From Chthoniobacteraceae bacterium (GTDB lineage Bacteria; Verrucomicrobiota; Verrucomicrobiia; Chthoniobacterales; Chthoniobacteraceae), in assembly GCA_040081625.1 (NCBI GenBank), contig JBEBGD010000078.1:1-26267 (forward strand): a DNA stretch of 26,267 nucleotides. The letters run 5' to 3'. The translations under genes were made by a program, and so were the position numbers. Of the stretch, positions 1-8,874 are shown piece after piece. How positions within the stretch are numbered: the first letter of the stretch is position 1; each line of letters begins with the position of its first letter. The notes beneath the pieces are model-generated. The model worked only from the letters and a program-made list of their open reading frames with translations, had not been told where the DNA came from and did no database searches.

Positions 1-1
1 G

Positions 2-646
2 GGCGGCACATCTGCGAGCTCGAAATCCGCCGGCGCGGGCGGCGGGATCGATGGCGTGAGCGGCGCGGTGGATACCGCCACGCTGATCGCCGGAAGCGGC
101 GGCAAGAATACTGGCGGCGCGGGCGGCGCGGGCGGCGCCATCCGGCGCATCGACATCGACGTCGTCGGCACGTTTGTGCGCGCCCTGCTCGCGGGCAACG
201 GCGGCGATGGCGCCACGAGAGCCGGCGCGGGCGGTTCCGTGTCGAGTGTGTCGGTCGCCGGCGACATCGGCGACTTCACGCACAACTTCGATCTCACCGG
301 CGCGAGCGGCATGGGCGGCATCGCTGCCGGCCAGGCTGGAAAAGTCGGCGGGAACGTGGCCGTCACGAAGAACGGCTCGATCACGAGCATCACCGCCACG
401 CGCATTGCCACGATGATCGCCGGCACGCCCGCCGCGAACGGCATCGGCACTGCGAATGCCGTGCTGAAGATCGCGAAGATCACCGCTGATGCGATCGGCG
501 CGGACGTGAACGGCGACGGCGACTTCGATCCCGCCGGCTTCGCGGTCGGCGGCGCCATCGCGGCTGAGGACGGCTTCATCCTCGTGCGCGCCGGCGGACT
601 CACGCTGGCCGCCACGCTCGTGCCGCTGAAGACCTTCACGGTCTAG
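2..646 (+). CDS. 3' end of a glycine-rich repetitive, probably secreted or surface protein (5'-truncated by window edge)
   Basis: The frame of ORF 56..646 is open back to base 2 (GGTSASSKSAGAGGGIDGV...). It has repeated AGxGG..GGAGGxI/V units and a DVNGDGDFD acidic loop. Stop TAG at 644-646. Confidence 0.75.
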   Translation, partial: GGTSASSKSAGAGGGIDGVSGAVDTATLIAGSGGKNTGGAGGAGGAIRRIDIDVVGTFVRALLAGNGGDGATRAGAGGSVSSVSVAGDIGDFTHNFDLTGASGMGGIAAGQAGKVGGNVAVTKNGSITSITATRIATMIAGTPAANGIGTANAVLKIAKITADAIGADVNGDGDFDPAGFAVGGAIAAEDGFILVRAGGLTLAATLVPLKTFTV

Positions 647-649
647 TCC

Positions 650-1960
650 ATGTCGCCCTCCACGCGCGTCGTCCTCGCCAGCTTCATCGGCACGACTGTC
701 GAGTGGTATGACTTCTTCCTCTACGGCACCGCGGCGGCGCTCGTCTTTAACAAGCTCTTCTTCCCCACGTTCGATCCGCTCGCCGGCACGATGGCCGCCT
801 TCGCCACGTATGCCGTCGGGTTTTTCGCGCGGCCGATCGGCGGCATTGTGTTCGGGCATTTTGGCGACCGGCTCGGGCGCAAGTCGATGCTCATCACCAC
901 GCTCATGCTCATGGGCCTCGCGACTTTTTTCATCGGCACGCTGCCGACCTACACGCAGGCCGGCGTGATCGCGCCGGTGCTGCTCGTGGCGTTGCGCTTC
1001 GTGCAGGGCTTCGGCGTCGGCGGCGAATGGGGCGGCGCGGTGCTGATGGCCGTCGAGCACGGGGGCAAGGAACGGCGCGGGTTTCGCGGCAGTTGGGTGC
1101 AGGCCGGCGTGCCGATGGGGCTGCTGCTCGCGACCGCGGTGTTCAGCATTTTCTCCGCGATGCCGGAGCCGCAGTTTCTCGCGTGGGGCTGGCGCGTGCC
1201 GTTTCTGCTCGGCATCGTGCTGCTGGGCATCGGCATGTTCATCCGCCTCGCGGTGCTCGAAAGCCCCGTGTTCACCGCGATGAAAGCGCAACGTCCGCCC
1301 GCGCCCGCGCCCATCCTCGAAGTGCTGCGGCGCCACCCGCGCAACGTGCTGCTCGCGATGGGCGCGCGGTTCGCGGAGAACGCCTACTTCTACATCTTCA
1401 CCGTCTTCGTGCTCAGCTACGCGACCGAGCGGCTGGGCTTGAAAAAGTCCGTGCTGCTCAACGCGGTCCTGCTCGGCTCGGCGGTGCAGTTCATCCTCAT
1501 TCCGGTCTTCGGCGCGCTCTCGGATCGCGTCGGGCGCCGGCCGGTGTATCTCGGCGGCGCGCTGTTTCTCGCGCTGTTTGCATTCCCGTTTTTCTGGCTC
1601 GTCGATACGAAATCCACGCCCCTCGTGTGGCTCGCGGTCAGCGTCGGCCTGGTCGGACACTCGGCGATGTATGGACCGCAGGCCGCGTTTTTCGCCGAGA
1701 TGTTCGGCACGGGCGTGCGCTACACCGGCGCGTCGCTCGGCTACCAACTCGCCTCGCCGCTCGCGGGCGGCCTGGCGCCGCTCATCGCCACCGCGCTGCT
1801 GAGCCGGTCCGGCGGAGCACCGTGGCCGGTTGCCGTCTATCTCGTCGGCACCGCACTCGTCACGCTTGCCTGCGTGTGGTCCGCCGCGGAGACGAACCGC
1901 AGCGACCTCACGGAAATCACCCGCGCCAGCCCCCGTTCACCTCGATCGTCTGGCCCGTGA
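650..1960 (+). CDS. MFS transporter, metabolite:H+ symporter (MHS; ShiA/ProP-like) family
   Basis: GTTVEWYDFFLYG, FFARPIGG..FGHFGDRLGRK, LRFVQGFGVGGEWGGA, WGWRVPFL and SDRVGRRP motifs; about 12 hydrophobic segments. Confidence 0.93.
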   Translation: MSPSTRVVLASFIGTTVEWYDFFLYGTAAALVFNKLFFPTFDPLAGTMAAFATYAVGFFARPIGGIVFGHFGDRLGRKSMLITTLMLMGLATFFIGTLPTYTQAGVIAPVLLVALRFVQGFGVGGEWGGAVLMAVEHGGKERRGFRGSWVQAGVPMGLLLATAVFSIFSAMPEPQFLAWGWRVPFLLGIVLLGIGMFIRLAVLESPVFTAMKAQRPPAPAPILEVLRRHPRNVLLAMGARFAENAYFYIFTVFVLSYATERLGLKKSVLLNAVLLGSAVQFILIPVFGALSDRVGRRPVYLGGALFLALFAFPFFWLVDTKSTPLVWLAVSVGLVGHSAMYGPQAAFFAEMFGTGVRYTGASLGYQLASPLAGGLAPLIATALLSRSGGAPWPVAVYLVGTALVTLACVWSAAETNRSDLTEITRASPRSPRSSGP

Positions 1961-2648
1961 CGTAGGACGCGAGCGGCGAGCAGAGAAAGAGCGCGACATT
2001 CGCGACTTCCGAGGCGCTGCCGAAACGCGCGAGCGGGATGTTCTTCATCATCTCGGCGCGGACGTTCTCCGGGATCGTCGCTGCCATCGCAGTGTCGATC
2101 ACGCCGGGCGCGACGGCATTCGCGCGGATGCCGCGGCGGGCGCCCTCGCGGCTCGCGACGCGCATCATCGCCTGCACGCCGGACTTGGCGGCGGCGTAGT
2201 TCGCCTGGCCGTAGAAGCCAAGGATCGCCGCAATGCTGGCGAGGCTCACGATCGCGCCGCCATCGCGCATGATCTCGAGTCCGAACTTCGTGCAGTGGAA
2301 GACGCCGGTGAGATTCACGTCGATGACCGACTGCCATTCATCGAGCGACATCTTCGCGATCGTGCGGTCGCGGAGGATGGCGGCGTTGTTGATGAGGAAG
2401 TCGATCGCGCCCACTTCGCGCATCATCCGCTGCACGGCGTCGGCGTCCGCGACGCTCGCCTCGACGACTTTCGCGTTCACCTCGGCGGCGATCCTGTCCG
2501 CATCCGCGCCGGTGCTGCCGATGCCAGGGTGATTGAGCACGACGCTCGCGCCCGCGCGATGAAAGGTGCGCGCGATCTCCGCGCCGATGCCCTGCGAGGC
2601 GCCGGTGATGAGCGCGACTTTGCCGGTGAGGTCGATCGGGATGCCCAC
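1917..2648 (-). CDS. Short-chain dehydrogenase/reductase, FabG/3-oxoacyl-ACP reductase-like
   Basis: TGASQGIG Rossmann motif, NNAA, catalytic YAAAK in GQANYAAAK, NAVAPG.IDT, IPL.RFG, TGQTIEVNGG. Start reassigned to GTG 2648 because the longer ORF overlaps glpX. Confidence 0.9.
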   Translation of the reverse strand: MGIPIDLTGKVALITGASQGIGAEIARTFHRAGASVVLNHPGIGSTGADADRIAAEVNAKVVEASVADADAVQRMMREVGAIDFLINNAAILRDRTIAKMSLDEWQSVIDVNLTGVFHCTKFGLEIMRDGGAIVSLASIAAILGFYGQANYAAAKSGVQAMMRVASREGARRGIRANAVAPGVIDTAMAATIPENVRAEMMKNIPLARFGSASEVANVALFLCSPLASYVTGQTIEVNGGWRG

Positions 2649-2665
2649 TTGGCGCGCCGTGTTGA

Positions 2666-3727
2666 TTAGGATTTCCGGTTGGTCGAGCGGAGCGGGATGT
2701 TCTTCATGCTCAGCTCGTGGTGGGTCTCGATGTAGCGAAGGCTCTGCGTCTTTGCCCGCATGAGGACGGTGTGGGTGATGGCGCGGTTGCGCTGGATGCG
2801 GACGCCGCGGCACATCGGGCTGTCGCTGATGCCGGTCGCGCAGAAGATGATGTGCGGGCCGCTGGCGAGGTCGTCGGCGTGGAAGATCTTCGCGAGTTCG
2901 TCGCCGTAACCGGCGGCGATGATTTCCTGCCGCTCGTCGTCGTCGCGCGGCCACATCTGCGCCTGCATGTCGCCGCCGAGGCACTTGAGCGCGGCGCTGG
3001 CGAGGACGGCTTCGGGGCTGCCGCCGATGCCGACGAAGAGATCGATGCCGCTATCGGGGATGCTCGGGGCGATCGCGGCGGCGATGTCGCCGTCGCCGAC
3101 CATGCGTAGCGCGGCGCCGGTGCTGCGGATCTCTTTCACCAGCTCCGTGTGGCGCGGGCGGTCCATGATGAGGACGACCACATCCTTGACGCGCTTCTTC
3201 AAGACGGCGGCGACGGCCTCGATGTTTGCGCTGATCGGGGCGTTGAGCATCATGCTGCTGGCGCCGGCGCTGCGGAGCATCGAGCGGACGATCTCCGGGC
3301 CGTAGGCGAGCTTCTTCATGTAAAAGCTCGGGATGTCCTTGAGCGCACTTTTGGTGTGCTCGTGCGGGATGGCGGTGGCGATGCACGAGATCGAGTTCGG
3401 CGCGCCCTTGGCGATGTTGGTGGTGCCGTCGATCGGGTCGAGCGCGATGTCGAAGCGCGTGGTGCCGGGCAGCCACGTGCCGAGTTGTTCGCCTTTGAAA
3501 ATGCCGGGCGCGTTGTCCTTGATGCCTTCGCCGATGACGACCTCGGCGCTGATGTCCATGTGGTCGAACATCCCGCGGATGGCGTCGCACGCGGCGGCGT
3601 CGGCGAGTTCCTTCTCGCCGCGCCCGAGCCACTGCAGGGAGTTGAGTGCGGCGTTTTCGGTGGCGCGGACGAAGTCGAACTCGAGCAGGCGCTCAATGCC
3701 GTCGTATTGTTCGGAAAGCGGTTTCAT
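2666..3727 (-). CDS. glpX: Class II fructose-1,6-bisphosphatase
   Basis: RATENAAL..WLGRGEK..AD.AA, VVIGEG, DIALDPIDGT, YMKKL, MDRPRH, DGDI, GIGGSPEAV, FCATGISD. Confidence 0.93.
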   Translation of the reverse strand: MKPLSEQYDGIERLLEFDFVRATENAALNSLQWLGRGEKELADAAACDAIRGMFDHMDISAEVVIGEGIKDNAPGIFKGEQLGTWLPGTTRFDIALDPIDGTTNIAKGAPNSISCIATAIPHEHTKSALKDIPSFYMKKLAYGPEIVRSMLRSAGASSMMLNAPISANIEAVAAVLKKRVKDVVVLIMDRPRHTELVKEIRSTGAALRMVGDGDIAAAIAPSIPDSGIDLFVGIGGSPEAVLASAALKCLGGDMQAQMWPRDDDERQEIIAAGYGDELAKIFHADDLASGPHIIFCATGISDSPMCRGVRIQRNRAITHTVLMRAKTQSLRYIETHHELSMKNIPLRSTNRKS

Positions 3728-3733
3728 GGCGGA

Positions 3734-4894
3734 TCAGTGCGTGAGCTTGCCGGAGAAGAGGAGCAAGCCGAAAGCGAAGGCATGGAAGGTGAGCGCGATA
3801 TTGACGCCGCGCACGAAGGGCGTGTCGGGCCAGAGATTCCGCGCTTTGTTCCAGCGGGCGAACCAGTCGTAGCCGCAGAGGAGCGTGGCGTGGTAGAGGC
3901 CGTAGAGGATGTAGTGCCAGGAGAGGCCGTGCCAGAAACCCATGAGGCCGAAGGTGAGGTAGAGGCCGAGGTAGTTGGCGGTGTGCCTGCCCTTGAACCA
4001 CTTGGCTTTCGCCGCCGCGAGCAGGAAGCGCATGTAGATGTGATCGCGGAACCAGAACGAAAGGCTGATGTGCCAGCGGTTCCAAAAGTCGCGGATGTTC
4101 CGGGAGAGAAACGGGCGGTCGAAATTCTCGGGAGTCCGGATGCCGAAGACCCGGCTCAGGCCGATGGCGAAGGCGCTGTAGCCGGCGAAATCGAAGAAGA
4201 GGTAAAGCGTGTAGGCGTAGGCGTAGCCGGCGAGCGCGAGAGCGCTGGTGCTCTCGTCGAGCGGCTTGAGCAGGTGCGCGTGGATGAGCGCGGCGATGAT
4301 GAATTTGTAGAGGAAGCCGCGGAAGGTGCGCGCGATGGCGAAGTCGAGGTCGTCGAGGAATTCGGCGCGCGTGCGCGGCTTGAGCCAGTCTTTTTCGAAG
4401 CGGCGATAGCGGTCGATGGGGCCGCTCGAGATGGTCGGGAAGAAGAGGAGGTAGCCGAGCCAGGTGGTGAGCGAGAGCTGCTTGATGACGCCGTCGCGGA
4501 TGGAGAAGATGACGTCGAGCGCGCGGAATGTGATGTAGGAAAGGCCGAGGAACTTGAGCGCGCTGAGCGCCGGGAGGAAGGGCGCGACCTTGACCAGCAG
4601 CAGTGGCAGGACAGCCAGCGCGAGTGCGATCCAGCCGGGGAATTTGCCTCGCCAGCGCAGCAGCGCGAAGGCGAGCGCGGTCTGCCACGCGCCGAATGCG
4701 ACGAAAAGCCAGACCTCGCGCCATTGGATGCCGAGGATGGGCTTGAGCACCGCGCTGAGTTGCACGGCGAGCACGAGCGCGGTGCAGCAGAGCGTCCAGC
4801 GCCAGCCGGCGCGGCCGAGCAGCCCGAGCGCGATGGTCGGCACCACCACGTAGAGCAGCAGACCGAAGTAGGTGAAGTCGCCGTAAGGGAGCAT
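3734..4894 (-). CDS. dltB: MBOAT membrane-bound O-acyltransferase of the DltB (D-alanyl transfer) subtype
   Basis: N-terminal MLPYGDF, FLGLSYITF, FFPTISSGPIDRYRRF, GFLYKFII, YLFFDFAGYS, PENF..PF.S.NI.DFWNRWHISLSFWFRD, MGFWHG (catalytic His), YGLYH, TFH..FG..LFSG. Length of 386 aa fits DltB rather than the longer AlgI type. Confidence 0.85.
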   Translation of the reverse strand: MLPYGDFTYFGLLLYVVVPTIALGLLGRAGWRWTLCCTALVLAVQLSAVLKPILGIQWREVWLFVAFGAWQTALAFALLRWRGKFPGWIALALAVLPLLLVKVAPFLPALSALKFLGLSYITFRALDVIFSIRDGVIKQLSLTTWLGYLLFFPTISSGPIDRYRRFEKDWLKPRTRAEFLDDLDFAIARTFRGFLYKFIIAALIHAHLLKPLDESTSALALAGYAYAYTLYLFFDFAGYSAFAIGLSRVFGIRTPENFDRPFLSRNIRDFWNRWHISLSFWFRDHIYMRFLLAAAKAKWFKGRHTANYLGLYLTFGLMGFWHGLSWHYILYGLYHATLLCGYDWFARWNKARNLWPDTPFVRGVNIALTFHAFAFGLLLFSGKLTH

Positions 4895-4917
4895 CGGCCC
4901 TTAACTGGCGGTGCGCC

Positions 4918-6420
4918 CTATGCCGCGAGCGCTTCGCCAGTATCGCGACCGGGCATCTTGATGCGCGGAAACCACTGCGCGATCGAGCACAGCCCCACGT
5001 AGGCGAAGCCGGCGGTGAAGAGCACGAGGAAGGGGACCGCAAGCCATTGATCGTGCCGGATCGCGAAGACCAGGAATCGCGTGAAATACGCGGCGAACGC
5101 GAGTTCGACGAACGGCGCGATGCTCTTGAGCGGCGAGTATTTCGCCCGGCGCCAGCTCTGGGTGCGGTTCTGGATGCCGTATTTGGCGGTTCGGGTGAAC
5201 TCGCTCTCGATGCCGAGCATGGCCTCGAGCACGGCGCGCGCGTTGTTCACAGCGAGGCCAATGCCGAGCGCGAGCAGGGCCGGCAGATAGAGGATTTCCT
5301 TCCACCACGAGCGGGGATAAAGCTCGCGCTGGGAGCAGAGGTAGAAGACCGCGGCGGGCATCGACGCGGAGAGGAAGAGCGGGATATCGACGAGCAGCGT
5401 GCGCCAGATGTTCGAGCCGCCGCCACTGGTCGGGTGCATGAGGATGCAGAGGCAGAAGAGCAGCAGGTAGGCGTAGTTCGAAGTGAGGTGCGCGGTGGCC
5501 TCGATCTTCACGACCAGCGGCAGCTCGGCGCGCCAGACTTTCGGCAGCAGCTTGAGGCACGTCTGGATGGAGCCCTTGGTCCAGCGGTGCTGCTGGCTCT
5601 TGAAGCCGTTCATGTCCACGGGCAGTTCGGCGGGCGTGACGAGGTCGGCGAGGAAGACGAAGCGCCAGCCCTTGAGCTGCGCGCGATAGCTCAGGTCGAG
5701 ATCCTCGGTGAGCGTGTCGTGCTGCCAGCCGCCGGCGTCGGCGACGCACGAGCGGCGCCACAGGCCGGCGGTGCCGTTGAAATTGAAGAACCGACCGGAG
5801 CGGCTGCGGGCGGTCTGCTCGAGCAGGAGATGACCGTCGAGGAACATCGCCTGGACGCGGGTGAGCAGGCTGAACGTGCGGTTCAAGTGCCCCCAGCGCG
5901 TCTGGATCATGCCGATCTTCGGATCCGTGAAATAGTGGATCGTCCGCTGGAGCATGTCCGGGTTCGGGACAAAGTCCGCGTCGAGGATGAGCACGAATTC
6001 GCCGCTGCACGTGAGCAGTCCGTTTTCGAGCGCGCCGGCTTTGTAGCCGGTGCGATCGGTGCGGTGGATCAGCTCGATGTCGAGCCCGCCGGCCTTGAGC
6101 GTGGCGACGCAGTTCGCGGCCAGCGCGGTCGTCTCATCGGTCGAATCGTCGAGCACCTGCACTTGCAGCAACTCGCGCGGATAATCGAGCGCGGCGACCG
6201 ACTTGAGCAGCCGCTCGACGACGTAGAGCTCGTTGTAGATCGGCAGTTGAACCGTCACCCGAGGCAGCTCGACGAATTGCTCGCGAGGCGTGGGCAGCCG
6301 GTTGCGGTGCTTGAGGAAGAGCCAGACGATCACGTAACGGTGCAGGCCGTATAGAGAAAGCCCGACGAGGACGGTGAAATAGGAAATGGTCCAGATGGTG
6401 GAACCCAGACTGCCTTGCAT
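4918..6420 (-). CDS. GT2 membrane glycosyltransferase, cellulose-synthase-like (CslA/C-like bacterial family)
   Basis: [59 protein letters not shown] (D,D,D,QxxRW signature), with N- and C-terminal TM helices. Start taken as ATG 6420. Confidence 0.92.
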   Translation of the reverse strand: MQGSLGSTIWTISYFTVLVGLSLYGLHRYVIVWLFLKHRNRLPTPREQFVELPRVTVQLPIYNELYVVERLLKSVAALDYPRELLQVQVLDDSTDETTALAANCVATLKAGGLDIELIHRTDRTGYKAGALENGLLTCSGEFVLILDADFVPNPDMLQRTIHYFTDPKIGMIQTRWGHLNRTFSLLTRVQAMFLDGHLLLEQTARSRSGRFFNFNGTAGLWRRSCVADAGGWQHDTLTEDLDLSYRAQLKGWRFVFLADLVTPAELPVDMNGFKSQQHRWTKGSIQTCLKLLPKVWRAELPLVVKIEATAHLTSNYAYLLLFCLCILMHPTSGGGSNIWRTLLVDIPLFLSASMPAAVFYLCSQRELYPRSWWKEILYLPALLALGIGLAVNNARAVLEAMLGIESEFTRTAKYGIQNRTQSWRRAKYSPLKSIAPFVELAFAAYFTRFLVFAIRHDQWLAVPFLVLFTAGFAYVGLCSIAQWFPRIKMPGRDTGEALAA

Positions 6421-6464
6421 AGATTGGTTGGGTTGACGCGCTTGTGGGCGCGACAAGGGGGCGG

Positions 6465-6492
6465 ATGATGCCGGGGGCTTCAAGAGGGTCAA
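6465..6492 (-). promoter_or_regulatory. Putative sigma70-type promoter for the GT2-dltB-glpX-SDR cluster
   Basis: Minus strand TTGACC (6492-6487), 16 nt spacer, CATCAT (6470-6465), 45 nt upstream of the GT2 ATG. Confidence 0.4.
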
Positions 6493-6596
6493 GCGGTAAA
6501 TCCGTCCACGCCCGCCGGAGGGGCGCCGCGAGATTCGGGCGATTCGCGCGATTTTCCTGCTGCAATGTGCTCGAAGTTCGGACACAAGGAGCGCTC

Positions 6597-7430
6597 ATGG
6601 ATTCAGTCTCGCGTTGGCTGCTCGCTGCCATCGTCACCTTCAACCTGCCGCCGGCCCTCTTCGCCCAAGCGCCGAAGAAGCCGGCTGTGCCTGCAGCCGT
6701 GCCCGTCATCCTCGCGCCCGACATCGACAAGATCCGCGAGGAACTCGGCATCAACGCATTCACTGCCCCATCGATCGAGCACCTGATGGCCGAGCTGATG
6801 GACCTGCGCCCCATCCCCATCGAGAAACTCTGGCGCGATGTGCCGCCCGAGATGCCCGAGTCACGCGCAAAAATCGCGCTCCGCAGCGGCCGCATCATCG
6901 CCGACGGCCTGCTCGCGATCATCGCGGAGAAGCCCTCGCGGATCGAAGGCCCGGCCCGCGCGCTGGCCCGCTACGCGAAGGCGCTCGGCGTCGCCGACTT
7001 CGTCACCAAGCACAGCAAGAGCCTGATCGAGAAGGCCGCGAAGGAGAACTGGACCGAATTGCGCATCGAGCTCGTGAAAGGGCAGGCCGACATGGAAGCG
7101 GGCATGATGGCGCTCAAGGATGAGGAGATCGCGCACCTCGTGAGCCTCGGCGGTTGGTTCCGCGGGCTCGAGGCGGTCACCACGCTCATCGCGCTCGATT
7201 ACACGCCCGAGCACGCAAAGATCCTCATTCAGCCCGACGCGCTCGATTACTTCATCGACCGCGTGGGCACCCTCGAACCGACGCTGCGGGAGGACAAGGT
7301 TTTCCAGGCCATCGAGAAAAATCTCAAGGCGATCCAGGCACTGACGGAGAAGGAAGGCGACGTGCCGCCAACGGAGGACGAGGTCAAGGCGGTCAACAAG
7401 CTCGCAACGGAAGTAGTCGATCTGCTGTGA
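6597..7430 (+). CDS. Secreted, probably all-alpha-helical hypothetical protein
   Basis: AAGGAG RBS upstream of ATG 6597; signal-peptide-like N-terminus (SRWLLAAIVTF..ALFAQ); amphipathic helical pattern; high-GC3 codon usage; stop overlaps next start (GTGA). Confidence 0.8.
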   Translation: MDSVSRWLLAAIVTFNLPPALFAQAPKKPAVPAAVPVILAPDIDKIREELGINAFTAPSIEHLMAELMDLRPIPIEKLWRDVPPEMPESRAKIALRSGRIIADGLLAIIAEKPSRIEGPARALARYAKALGVADFVTKHSKSLIEKAAKENWTELRIELVKGQADMEAGMMALKDEEIAHLVSLGGWFRGLEAVTTLIALDYTPEHAKILIQPDALDYFIDRVGTLEPTLREDKVFQAIEKNLKAIQALTEKEGDVPPTEDEVKAVNKLATEVVDLL

Positions 7431-8164
7431 AGGCGCGCGGCGCCGGCGTCGCGGGCGCGGCATTGGTCTTCGGCTTCGTCGTCTATGCCGCACTTTGGCG
7501 ACTGACCACGCGCGGCGGGTGGGAATCGGTCGCGGGATACTGGCGGCTGTTTTGGAATGGCTGGCTCGGGACGCTCGGACTCGCCTCGGCGGCACTGGTC
7601 GTGAGCGTGGTCATCGGCCTCGTGCTGGCACTCGGAAGACGTGCGCGGTGGCTGCCGGTGCGGGCGCTTTGCACGGTGCACGTGGAGCTGATCCGCGGCA
7701 CGCCGCTGCTCACGCAGATCCTCATTCTCTACTTCGGCGTCTTCCATCTCGTCGGGCTGGAAAACCGCGTGCTCGCGAGCGTTCTCATCCTCTCGAACTT
7801 CGCCGGCGCGTATCTCAGCGAGATCATTCGCGCGGGCATCGAGAGCGTGGGCGCGTCGCAGCTCGAGAGCGCGCGCGCCATCGGGCTGAGCACCGCGCAG
7901 ACCTATCGGTTCGTCATTTTCCCACAGGCGCTGCGGCAGGTGCTGCCGCCGCTGGCGGGGCAGTTTGCGTCGCTGATCAAGGACTCCTCGCTGCTCTCGA
8001 TCATCGGCGTCGAGGAGCTCACGCAGAATGGGCAGCAGGTCGCGTCGGTGAGCTTCAGCACGCTCGAGAGCTACGTGCCGCTCGCGCTCGGCTACCTCGT
8101 GCTCACGCTGCCCATCTCGCTCTGGAGCCGCTGGCTGGAAAGCCGCGCGCACTTCGAGACATGA
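7427..8164 (+). CDS. Polar amino acid ABC transporter permease (HisM/GlnP family)
   Basis: VELIRGTPLLTQI, AYLSEIIRAGIESV...QLESARAIGLS (EAA loop), IFPQALR..LPPL, LIKDSSL.SIIGV.EL. GTG start overlaps the upstream stop. Confidence 0.92.
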   Translation: MKARGAGVAGAALVFGFVVYAALWRLTTRGGWESVAGYWRLFWNGWLGTLGLASAALVVSVVIGLVLALGRRARWLPVRALCTVHVELIRGTPLLTQILILYFGVFHLVGLENRVLASVLILSNFAGAYLSEIIRAGIESVGASQLESARAIGLSTAQTYRFVIFPQALRQVLPPLAGQFASLIKDSSLLSIIGVEELTQNGQQVASVSFSTLESYVPLALGYLVLTLPISLWSRWLESRAHFET

Positions 8165-8874
8165 GGCTCTCGCTCCACGCCCTCACCAAATCCTTCGGCG
8201 CGCATCGCGTGATCGACGACATGTCCGCGGACTTCGGCGAGTTGCGCACGCTCGCGCTCATCGGGCCGAGCGGCGGCGGGAAGTCCACGCTCCTGCGGAT
8301 CATTGCCGGGCTGACGGCCGCGGACGGCGGCGCGGTGCAACTCGACGGCGAGCGCGTCACTTGCACGCGCGAGCACCGGCAGCATCTCAGCGTCGTCTTC
8401 CAGGCCTTCAATCTCTTCCCGCACCTCAGCGCGCTGGAGAATCTCCTGCTGCCGCTCGTGCAGGTGCATCGCGTTCCCGATGCAGAGGCGCGCGCGATGG
8501 CGGCGCTCGATCGCTTCCGGCTCGCGGATCACGCGCACAAGCGCCCCGCCGAGCTGAGCGGCGGGCAGAAGCAGCGCGTGGCCATCGCGCGGGCGATCGT
8601 CATCCAGCCGCGCGTGTTGCTTTTCGATGAACCGACCAGCGCGCTCGATCCCGAGATGACCGCCGAGGTGCTCGACGTGATCGAGGAGCTGAAGGCGGAA
8701 GGCCGCGACTTCGTGCTCGTGACGCATCAAATGGGATTTGCGCGCCGCGTCGCGGACCGCGTGGCCTTCCTCGCCGACGGGCGCATCGTCGAGCACGCGC
8801 CGGCGGAGCAGCTCTTCGCGCAGTCGGCGAGCGCGCAGTGCCGGGAGTTCCTCGCGCGAGTCCTGCGATACTAG
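8161..8874 (+). CDS. Polar amino acid ABC transporter ATP-binding protein (GlnQ/HisP family)
   Basis: Walker A GPSGGGKST, Q-loop VFQAFNLFPHL, signature LSGGQKQRVAIARA, Walker B LLFDEPTSALDPE, H-loop VTH. ATG 8161 overlaps the permease stop. Confidence 0.94.
   Translation: MRLSLHALTKSFGAHRVIDDMSADFGELRTLALIGPSGGGKSTLLRIIAGLTAADGGAVQLDGERVTCTREHRQHLSVVFQAFNLFPHLSALENLLLPLVQVHRVPDAEARAMAALDRFRLADHAHKRPAELSGGQKQRVAIARAIVIQPRVLLFDEPTSALDPEMTAEVLDVIEELKAEGRDFVLVTHQMGFARRVADRVAFLADGRIVEHAPAEQLFAQSASAQCREFLARVLRY

Noticed and set aside
2649..2984. ORF-track N-terminal extensions (SDR to 2984, GT2 to 6585, permease from 7154, ATPase from 7495, PSD1 to 17278, epimerase to 20699, AhbAB-like from 21441)
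   Set aside because: The extensions overlap neighbouring genes or promoters and precede the family-typical N-termini. Downstream starts fit better.
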